Shown piece by piece: positions 12,201 to 19,866 of a stretch of 64,000 bases of DNA. A model generated the notes under the pieces. That model was not told the DNA's origin. It ran no database searches and saw nothing but the letters and a program-made list of their open reading frames with translations. The stretch spans positions 2,976,001 through 3,040,000 of the forward strand of contig NC_047071.1 of the NCBI RefSeq assembly GCF_902459465.1. Direction: 5' to 3'. The DNA comes from Asterias rubens (taxonomy: Eukaryota). The position numbers were made by a program, and so were the translations under genes. Each line of letters starts with the position of its first letter. Position 1 is the stretch's first letter.

Positions 12201-13994
12201 CGGTGGTCAGTGATGTGGGAATGCTTGACGATGGCGGATTTATCGAAGTCCCCCCTCCTTCCGTGTGCTCGGTGTTCCTTAAGTCTAGTGGGAAGGTTAC
12301 GCCCGGTTTCCCCGACATAAACCTTACCACATTCGCATGGAATGCGATAGACTCCGGCACGGGTGGAGGGGTCCTTCTTGTCCTTGGCGGATTTATCGAA
12401 GTCCCCCCTCCCCCTCCTTTAGACTGCTTTGGGTCATCTATACCCTCAGTCACCTAGGCCCCACACCCTCACTATCCCCTGTGCTTGTTCCTACTGACAC
12501 GGTTCAGTGAGCACACACCCCCCACACACCACCCTAGGCTCCACAACAGGTTTCACCACGCATCATCGAGTTCACTTCCCGCCTCTATTTCCCGCCATCA
12601 TGCATCACCGCTGATCCACCGCCCAGTACTTAAGCAGCATGCAGCATCAGAGTCCAGCATTCTCCAGAAGACGATCAGAGCATACTGATCGAAACGTCGA
12701 GTTAATCCAACGGTTCTTTTCAGAACCACCCCAACTCATTGAGAGATTGTTATTACATGGTGTTACCGCAAACTTTTCTATATCTTACTTCCACCATGCA
12801 AAGTTTCAAATCCTACAGGTTGGTCATGTTGATGTCGGTCAGGTTGGTTTTGTCTGTCAGGTCTCTCAGGTCGCTAATGACCTGACTGGTCATAACGACC
12901 TGACAGGTTGGTTGGTAACCACTGACTGGTCGGTCAAGTCATTCAGGTTGGTCAGTCAGTAGGTCAGTCTTTAAGCCTTCCAAGGAGAAGCTTTGAACCT
13001 TGGATCTAGAACGGCAGCTCAGAATTTTCAATAAAATCAGAGATTTACTTACAGTGGCTCTACGCATCTGACCCAAAACATTGGAGAAAAAATCAAAAGA
13101 GATGACACTGTAGTTTCGCATCTCATCTCCTTCGACTGTACCCACTCGGGAGATGCTACTGCTGGCAGCTGCCGAGGAGCCGAGAGCCATTTCTACCCAG
13201 TCAAGAAGATGTTGAAGAGACCCTCTTTGGGCAGCTAGACCCAAGACAAGCTGACATGCAAGCTGCTTGCCGTTTTGGTCAGCACCGGAGTTGGGCATCG
13301 TTGCCGATTTCAGAAACATTGTCACCTGTTTCAAGCATTCAGTACCAAGACATGGTATCTTACTCTCATTAGCGAGCGACAACGGCGGTAGAGAATCCAA
13401 GACGCTCATCGCTGTCTGAAGAACATCGTTACAGATGCTAGGGTTCCCTGCGGGAACGGTTTGCATCCAGTTCTGCCTTAGGAGGGCGAAGAGAAGACTA
13501 AGTCCAGTGCGGACACCCATCTCAACCAAGGCGTCTGTGCCGAAGGTAACCTGCTTCATGGTGGTTTTCTCATCGACTGTCCCGGCATGGGCCTGCTGAA
13601 GCCGCAGCTGCTGCTTGACCTTCTCCTTGTCGTGGAACTTGCTGGAGATGGCGTGGAAGATGCGGCGCAGGACAGCCAGCCGTTTCTGAAGGGCGGAGGC
13701 GAATGGGGACTCTGAGCATACTGTGCGGGCGAGGTTGAGCTGATTGGAAAGGAGGGCTTCCAAGAAGTGCTCCTGCTCCTCAGGCGAGGGTGGCTCCCTT
13801 TCATAGTCGGGCAACTGGGGTCCTTGGAGGTGCAGACTGGGGCGTGGCGCACTGATAACCTCCTTGTTTGTGACAAGGCGGTCATAAAGCTCAAGGGTAC
13901 CCTCTCTACTAGCTACTAGACCCCAATCCTCTGTCACCCACGATGCATTTAGATGTTCCATCCATTTCAACTTCATAGACATGTTCGAGGACAT
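74..13994 (-). CDS. HERC1: HERC1 E3 ubiquitin ligase, 5' portion (N-terminus, first RCC1-like domain and following region); continues beyond left edge of window
   Basis: N-terminus MSSNMSMKLKWMEHLNASWVTED...GVRTGLSLLFALLRQ and RCC1 repeats (EVYVWGSNSSHQL, FSWGDGDYGKLGHG, WSFGGGDNGKLGHGD, VYAWGNNAMGQCGQG) match HERC1 as I recall it. GT-AG exons traced: 14014-13053 (ATG 13994), 11261-11166, 10811-10620, 9818-9651, 9055-8818, 8262-8119, 7937-7810, 7364-7220, 7033-6862, 6424-6290, 5884-5719, 5228-5103, 4663-4463, 3953-3801, 3537-3398, 3097-2906, 1777-1553, 839-666, 185-74. Confidence 0.97.
981..1160. mobile_element. Miniature PLE-derived insertion with hammerhead motif (1062-1101, minus) and 23-bp inverted repeat
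   Basis: 990-1012 and 1109-1131 are perfect inverted repeats. The insertion ends in the same ATGCAAAGTTTCAAATCCTAC tail as the 11.6-12.8 kb element. The flanks 966-980 and 1161-1175 match at 12 of 15 positions, consistent with a degraded TSD. Confidence 0.75.
1955..2061 (+). repeat. Two-copy ~52-bp tandem duplication
   Basis: CTTATCAAGCA.AATTC..AGAATT.TCATTGCGGTTTGAACAATAATAACC occurs twice. Confidence 0.85.
2228..2592. mobile_element. TTAA-TSD MITE, Kolobok-like (family A)
   Basis: TIR AGCCATTGGACCCTTTCGGTA at both ends, flanked by TTAA (2224-2227, 2593-2596). The purine start fits Kolobok better than piggyBac. Confidence 0.85.
2709..2881. mobile_element. GGCCCAATTTCAT-TIR MITE (Harbinger-like superfamily; at least 10 related copies in window)
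   Basis: TIR GGCCCAATTTCATA(A/G)AG at both ends. Related full or partial copies are near 8430-8550, 15427-15615, 16968-17200, 25323-25600, 27422-27701, 28240-28422, 35526-35764, 39988, 50657-50856, 54047-54209, 61587 and 63938. The superfamily assignment is inferred. Confidence 0.75.
4118..4295. mobile_element. hAT-like MITE (AGAGCTGCCAA TIR); relatives at about 4880-5075, 9490-9645, 59270-59412
   Basis: AGAGCTGCCAA...TTGGCAGCTCT termini and a shared ACTTTCTGCAGAATCAGGGAG internal motif. Confidence 0.65.
5950..6020 (-). repeat. tRNA-derived SINE head (family also at 36612-36675 and 43278-43340, plus)
   Basis: GGGCT...AGCTCAGTTGGTAGAGC A box with ACGTTAATC and a degenerate B box. There is no intact cloverleaf. 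Confidence 0.65.
10220..10586. mobile_element. TTAA-TSD MITE, family A, inverted older copy
   Basis: Reverse-complement similarity to 2228-2592 along its length. The right end is degenerate. Confidence 0.75.
10865..11040. repeat. Interspersed repeat family (GGGCACC...CCTATGAGGAAATTGTAA); relatives at about 30565-30745, 54665-54815, 58335-58490
   Basis: Recurrent shared internal sequence ending in CAGGCCTG. The class is uncertain. Confidence 0.6.
11427..11641 (+). repeat. Degenerate (GGTCA)n low-complexity tract, continuing at 12816-12968 beyond the PLE insertion
   Basis: Dense repeats of GGTCA/AGGTCAG on both sides of the PLE. Confidence 0.85.
11724..11763 (-). ncRNA. Minimal hammerhead ribozyme motif, mirror copy (sense to HERC1 pre-mRNA)
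   Basis: Exact reverse complement of the 12662-12701 motif. Confidence 0.7.
12017..12382 (-). pseudogene. PLE GIY-YIG endonuclease C-terminal fragment
   Basis: Open frame GVYRIPCECGKVYVGETGRNLPTRLKEHRAHGRRGDFDKSAIVKHSHITDHRVNWEAAEIIAPIQAWHPRRIREAIEIHKH...ISDIWLPLL, ending at the stop at 12017. Confidence 0.9.
12662..12701 (+). ncRNA. Minimal type I hammerhead ribozyme motif (variant core) in PLE arm
   Basis: CTC-CAGAAGA-C-GATCAG-AGCATA-CTGATC-GAAAC-GTC-GAG: stem I, core, stem II hairpin and the palindromic ACGT substitute for stem III. Activity is untested. Confidence 0.7.
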
Positions 13995-16900
13995 GTTGGT
14001 GAAGTGTCACAGGGCTGTGGTGCAAGGATAAAATGAAGGGGGAAAGAAATGTCCAATAACAACGCATTACTCAACCACAAGCGAAATTAATTATTGGGCT
14101 TCGGGATGAGGGCTCATTAAAAGTTTGAGGACATCTGTGTTAATGTAAAAATTGAAACACTCGACTCAGATCTGCTCGTCTGGCTCCAGTCCTAGTCATG
14201 CATTGCTTGTCATTGAATGACATTGTCATTGAATGACATTATTAGGCTCCAGACTGTGTTTGAATCCTTCCAGGTTCAAACACTGCTTATTACACACTTA
14301 ACAGATACATGACCGCAGATGTCAACATTTAATTTTAAATATTTTAAACAGGGTACCGTGCTCCAACTGGGTCTAGTTCAATACAACTGGGTCGAGTAAA
14401 ACCATCAACAGACATTTAATCATGGTTGCAAATTCATGAAATAAAAGTATAAACAAAACAAAAATATGAATAACAATACCCAACAGTCAGACAGTTAAGT
14501 TCAGGAACGTTAAAACATAGTCTTGACACTTGCGGCCTTAAATAAACAAGACACATAAAATAAACCATTCTTGCTTCGTCCTTCAGCATGTTTTCGTCAG
14601 ACGGGAAGTATAAAAAGCCGGCTGGTGTCCTGTTGTACTAATGAACTACACTCAGCCAAATGCAAAGACCTGGTAAACTTATCCCCTTTGTTTATAACAA
14701 TCAAACAAACAAATACAAAGACCCCGTAAACAAAACCATGAAAACTTATCCCTGGTATCCCCTTTGTTTAGTTACATTTACAATACATGGAGGAGGGACA
14801 AATATGGTTAATAGTAGTAACACTCCTGGAGTGTCTGACAGTGCAACTTATCCTCACCTACAATGAGTGAGTCTGTACTCAACATGTTCAAATAAATTTA
14901 AAAAAGGGAAAAGATAAGATGAGGAGAACTTCTGGAGTTAAAGTTTTGAAGGTCGTTTGACCTTTTTAAACATCAAAATTTTCATCACAAAAACTCACCA
15001 AATAAATTGCCAGGTATGCTCATTACTTAGAGTGAGATTCGGACGTTTGATCGATGAGAACCAAAGACTCATGAGTATGCATTATGGAAACTCCCACTGT
15101 TTTTGTCGGCTTGTTCATTAACGTCTGCAGGATTTTTCTTCAATGCCCATTTCCAATTCTTTTAGACACAAGTAAAAATACAAACGACTTTTCAACAGCG
15201 TTCAAAACACCAATATTCGTGCTAGAGTCAATCAAAGTTTTGGTCAAATACCGCAAACGACCGTCAAAGCCGGTTTGTTGTGGGGCGGGGAGGGGGGTGG
15301 GGGGTTCTGCTATTATGTTCTTTTTATTATTCCGCTTTCTAGTAGAGAATTCCCTTATGGTGTCAAGGTTGAACAAAGAATTATCTTGTGGGGTCCATTG
15401 TTCCATTGTGTAAAAGACCCAACAAGGGCCCAATTTCATGTACAGCACAAAAACTTTCCAAGCAAAGAAAAGTATTGCTTAACAGAAACAGGTTACCAGC
15501 CAGCCAAAATAACAGTAAGTTAACACATTGTTCTGACTGGTTCCCCACTCAATTTTGCTTAGCAAAGAATTGGTCAAGAATTGGTTTCTGCTAAACAGGT
15601 TTGTGAAATTGGGCCAAGGGCCAAAATGAGCTCTACCTTGCTTGATCCCCTGAAAACCTTTCTGTGGCAGAGTTGAGATGACTTCACTGCATGAGGGACA
15701 TTTTTCACATAATTGCGTCATAATTTCTACATTAATTGAAAAGTTAATACAATTAACAACTAAATGAGTTTTGAGATGTAGGCCTAACCACTTTCTTCTA
15801 AACAATCAATTTGATGAAAATCAATTTCTATAAAATGACAGGTTTTATTTCTTGCAATGAATTGAATTGACTCTTTGGAAAGCTATTTTGAACAGAGTCA
15901 GGGATCTTGGATGGCGCTTCTTAAAAGACCTAAAAGTGACCTTGCTAGGGCTTTTCTGGCAGGTAAAATACAACACAGGTCATTGAACATCTTACATTTA
16001 CAAATGAAGAAAGGGGTTCATCTCAAAAGTTGTTCAGCTGGTTTTTTTCATGAACTTCTGAAAATAAATTTGATTCAATTTTTTGTTTTAATAAAACGCT
16101 AGGAAAGTTTTATTTATTTCTCATCAAACATTACACTTTAAACAGAAATATTTCGAGGGATGTTATCTACTATCATCATCCTAAGAATGTGTAAGTATTA
16201 TGTAAATCTGTGATCTTAGACAAGTTTTATTTTACCAATTCTGTAGTTGCCTTTATTAATGTACTTGTTATGAGCCTCTCTGGTGATAATTTTGTATTAT
16301 TTACATAAATTTAAAGGGCTGCTGCAGTGAATTAAAAAAAACAGTTAATTTTGCTGTCATTTATTTCTGATATATGTATTGAACATGTGTTTTGTTTTTT
16401 CCCCCGACATATCTCACTTGCGTAATTAGCAAATAAGTCATGCCCCCTCTTTTGTGGAATGTTACCGCCCCCCTACCATCGACGTCACGTCGGGAATTCA
16501 AACATATCGTCGGCAAAAAAGAGTCTGGTCCCTAACTACATGCGCCTAGGTACCAGGCCACACAGTGCACACGTCTCTATATGCACACAGCCAGGGGGCC
16601 CGACAGCTCGGGTTACCGACATGACGTCACGTTTATGCAAATGAAGGCTCCCTTTAAGGGGCGGGGTGGGTTCCCCTATCTCTTGAAAACCATTTTTTAA
16701 AATACTTGCGCATTTAATAAAAAATAATAAAAAATATTCCAGGTTTAAAAAGTCATGTTTAATCGTTTAAATTATTTAAAAAAACACTGCAGCCACCCTT
16801 TACACTTATTTGGAGTGGGGGGTTTCTTGCAACACACAGTAACTTTTTAATTCAACAATGTGCACTGTGCAAGGCAAAGAAGTAAATGTCATGTAGTTAT

Positions 16901-17465
16901 GCAGGTTGCATCTTGGTTTTCTGTTCTGATGGCTTGTCCCAGAAGTACTTTGTTTTTGTGAACACCGCGGCCCAACTTCATGGCTCTGCATGCTTACCGA
17001 AAGCGAAGAATCAGCGCTTAAGGAAGCAGGGAAGGGTTAAGCTAGGAATTTAAGCTTGTGCGACTGCGTACTCCTTGTTACTTAGACATTCTATGCTTAC
17101 AGTTACACAGCTAGCACAGAAATGCGGCGCTTGCACATTAAGCGGAGAATGGTGATCGCAAGTGCAGAATTTGGTGGTAATAACCATAAAAATGGACCCT
17201 GGTGACTGATCATCTTGGTTTCTTTCTCCAGATTTTCCTAATATTGTCTAAAACTACCTGTGTCTTACTCTTTATTAAATGAAAAAATGTAGTCTTGGTG
17301 CAAAATGATCGTTATGTGCGCAGCGAGGAGAGTGCGAGCAGGGGATCGCGATAGTTGAGTGATAATGTGAATACATGTAGCAACGTCTTGCACCAAGACT
17401 ACCAGAATGTTGTGAGAACGAGTTCAGTGTTCTTTGTCTGTTTAGGGTTCTCTGTCAGCAACGCT

Positions 17466-18752
17466 TCAGCCTTCTTGAAAAAGTTGGTGCATGTCAGCGG
17501 CATCTTCAGCTGTCACAGCTGTCGGTTCTGGCATGACCGACGTGGAAGAAGTACCTTTGGTTGGAGTGCGGAAGCTGGATTGTTCCACAGAACATCGGTC
17601 AACTGGGTAGATGCCACTCCGTCTGAAGGATTCGTGCAAGTTACTTGGCGTGAATGCAGATGTATATGCCTTGCAAGCTAACGCACACAACGGGGAGTGT
17701 TTGGCAACACCAGGTGGTGCTTTTTTCCGCAAATCATTAAGGATGTTTTCAAACGGTCCAAAACATCCAACGTCCATGGGCTGAAGAATATGCGAAGTGT
17801 ATGCCGGAAGTACAAAAAGGATGATGTTTCTCTCCTCCCGTGCCCATTGAATTAGCGATAGCGAAACATTACACTTATGTTCGTCATACAATACCAAGAT
17901 AGGGTTTTCTGGTGTTGCAGGAACGCGGTATTTGCTGAAGTGGTCAAGGTATCTCTTAAAAGTGTCTGAGCTAGACTTGCCGGAGTCGCTGGCCGCCCCT
18001 GCAGTACCGGTAGTACAACCTTTCAAGAATTCCTTTCGCATACGGGGTCCCTTGAATATGAAAAATGGGGGTACGGCCATGCCAACAGCATTCCCACATC
18101 CAATTACTGTTGTAGTGGTTGATTCATCCATGGTATCTTCTGGAGGCGTTGCTTGATGTGAGGGTAGTACAATACATGATGGAGGTTTATGGTACTCAGT
18201 GATGCTCTTCTCATCAACAATGTAGATGGCCTGTGGTCGATCTACTAGGTTATGTTTCTCTAGAATATGCTCCAGTTCGTCAAAGTATTTATTGACCGTC
18301 TCAAGAGAGGTGGCTTTAGTTCGCATTATCTCGAGAGATTTAGGTTTCTTTACCTTGAGCTCTGGCCAGCGTTTCATGAAGCTATAAAACCACTGCAGTG
18401 AGAGGGGCTTATCGGACTTCTTTTTCAGTCCATGGCGGACAGCCAAGTCAGTAGCAAGTGATGTTACTTCAGTACGGCTGTACTCATAGCCAAAGGAAGC
18501 CATTAACTCAATGTATGTTACTAGTGTCTGTTCCTCTTCCACGCTCAACAGGGGATCGGGTCCCGACTTAGTGCATTGCAACTTTTTTATTCTTCCATTG
18601 GCTCTATCATACAGAGTAGAATATGGAACAGCATAAATTCTTGAAGCTTTTTTGATAGAGAAACCCTCACCAGTTACAGCCGCTAACGCTTTGTCCAAAT
18701 TATCTGGTGAATACTTTCGGTAAGTTTCCTTCCCTTTACTGGCCACCGCCAT
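17466..18752 (-). CDS. pogo/Fot1-like (Tc5/CENP-B HTH + DDE_1) transposase-derived protein, 428 aa, inside HERC1 intron 1
   Basis: Uninterrupted ORF. It has an N-terminal psq-type HTH (SIKKASRIYAVPYSTLYDR), a CENP-B-type HTH (LSVEEEQTLV...QWFYSFMKRWPEL) and DDD-type motifs IYIVDEK / VLYDEHK / LQPMDVGCFGP. The acceptor TTTTCTTTTTCTTTTACAG lies directly before the ATG, and a minus-strand AATAAA is at 17271-17276. Confidence 0.9.
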   Translation of the reverse strand: MAVASKGKETYRKYSPDNLDKALAAVTGEGFSIKKASRIYAVPYSTLYDRANGRIKKLQCTKSGPDPLLSVEEEQTLVTYIELMASFGYEYSRTEVTSLATDLAVRHGLKKKSDKPLSLQWFYSFMKRWPELKVKKPKSLEIMRTKATSLETVNKYFDELEHILEKHNLVDRPQAIYIVDEKSITEYHKPPSCIVLPSHQATPPEDTMDESTTTTVIGCGNAVGMAVPPFFIFKGPRMRKEFLKGCTTGTAGAASDSGKSSSDTFKRYLDHFSKYRVPATPENPILVLYDEHKCNVSLSLIQWAREERNIILFVLPAYTSHILQPMDVGCFGPFENILNDLRKKAPPGVAKHSPLCALACKAYTSAFTPSNLHESFRRSGIYPVDRCSVEQSSFRTPTKGTSSTSVMPEPTAVTAEDAADMHQLFQEG

Positions 18753-19458
18753 CTGTAAAAGAAAAAGAAAATAGTTGCCATTAAAAACAAATCAAATGTG
18801 GAATAAAAAGCTCATTTAATTGATGTTATATGGCTATTTGATTAGAATCCTAAGATTATCACAGGGCATCAGTACTTTCAGGTTCGTTCTGCTATCGCCT
18901 CCACAACCGTGGATTCAATAGCGGAAACGAACCTCATTCATAGTCTGTAGGAGTAAACATCCCCCCTCCCCCTGTACTACTAGTAGTAGTTGCGATACTG
19001 TTACCTCCTCCCGACGGCAAAGGAGGGTTATGTTATCGCACCTATCTCCCGCCCCCGCCCAGCACAAGAACATTTTCATAACATTCTGTTTGTTACAGTG
19101 TTAGACATATTTCACATTTGGTTTCAGGAGAAAAAAAACATCTCACTGTTTACACGTTTATAATATTAGAACTAATTACATCAGTTTGCAGTTAATCAAA
19201 GAAAAGAGAAAAACAATGTTTATTTTCACTTATATTTTAAATATTTTATACGCCTTGGAATCCCAAATAGAAACCACATCACGTGATCTATCTGGTGACT
19301 GAAAGAGAATGCTGGCACGCATGACTGACTTTCGAGGTTGGCTGTTTCTTTGACTCATTTGAATCAAATTTTAATCGTTTATGTAATCATGCAGCTAATG
19401 CACAAGTAATCTATGAACAATAAGTTTATCATTTTATAAACAATTGAGCGTCACTTAC

Positions 19459-19560
19459 GCCAGGAAACTTTACTTTCAGCATGATGAACTTGGGGGTCGA
19501 AAATATATGACGGTACTGGCTGGCACACCAACGTGTTTGAAAACACTCATGACGCGGTGA
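19459..19560 (-). other. Putative first (5' leader) exon shared by HERC1 and the intronic transposase
   Basis: Strong minus-strand donor GC|GTAAGTGA at 19459/19458, next to the divergent promoter region. The upstream boundary (TSS) is approximate. Confidence 0.6.
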
Positions 19561-19866
19561 CGCTCGTTGACGTACGAATAATAAGTTTGGCACTCACATT
19601 CAGTAGATCGGTCTCTAGTGGGCAAATGAGGGCGCTACTTGTATTTATTTATTTGTTTAACCTCGACCACTCGTTTCACACTGACGTGCATGTTTGCTCG
19701 TTCCCCCGTTATCGGCTGATGGAGGTTACGTCTGCGAAGGATTAAGTGTATGTGTTTGTTTACCTTTCAGTTTCCGGCTATCGTCTGCTAAGTCAAGGAG
19801 GAAGGGTGATCAAGCAAAAATTGCGTTTTTACTTTGCCAGCCAGGTAGCTGACCATAAAATCAGAA
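19560..19866. promoter_or_regulatory. Putative bidirectional promoter HERC1/transposase (minus) - G6P epimerase (plus)
   Basis: Head-to-head arrangement with about 300 bp between the putative first exons. The region is CpG-richer than its flanks. Exact TSSs are not determinable. Confidence 0.6.

Larger units (their letters stand above)
11642..12815 (-). mobile_element. Young 5'-truncated Penelope-like retroelement with inverted 365-bp arms
   Basis: 11642-12006 is the reverse complement of 12419-12783 (I saw only 2 mismatches). The spacer encodes a GIY-YIG endonuclease C-terminus. The direct repeat CAGGTTGGTCAT flanks the insertion at 11630-11641 and 12816-12827. Confidence 0.88.

Noticed and set aside
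11972-12457. 161-aa plus-strand ORF and neighbouring short ORFs
   Set aside because: These are antisense or shifted readings of the PLE arms and GIY-YIG fragment.
14207-14240. Tandem TGTCATTGAATGACA palindromes as a regulatory array
   Set aside because: There are only two copies and no supporting context. A local slippage duplication explains it.
18930-18955. Left TIR of the pogo element (TACAG... on minus)
   Set aside because: I found no matching inverted copy downstream of the ORF.
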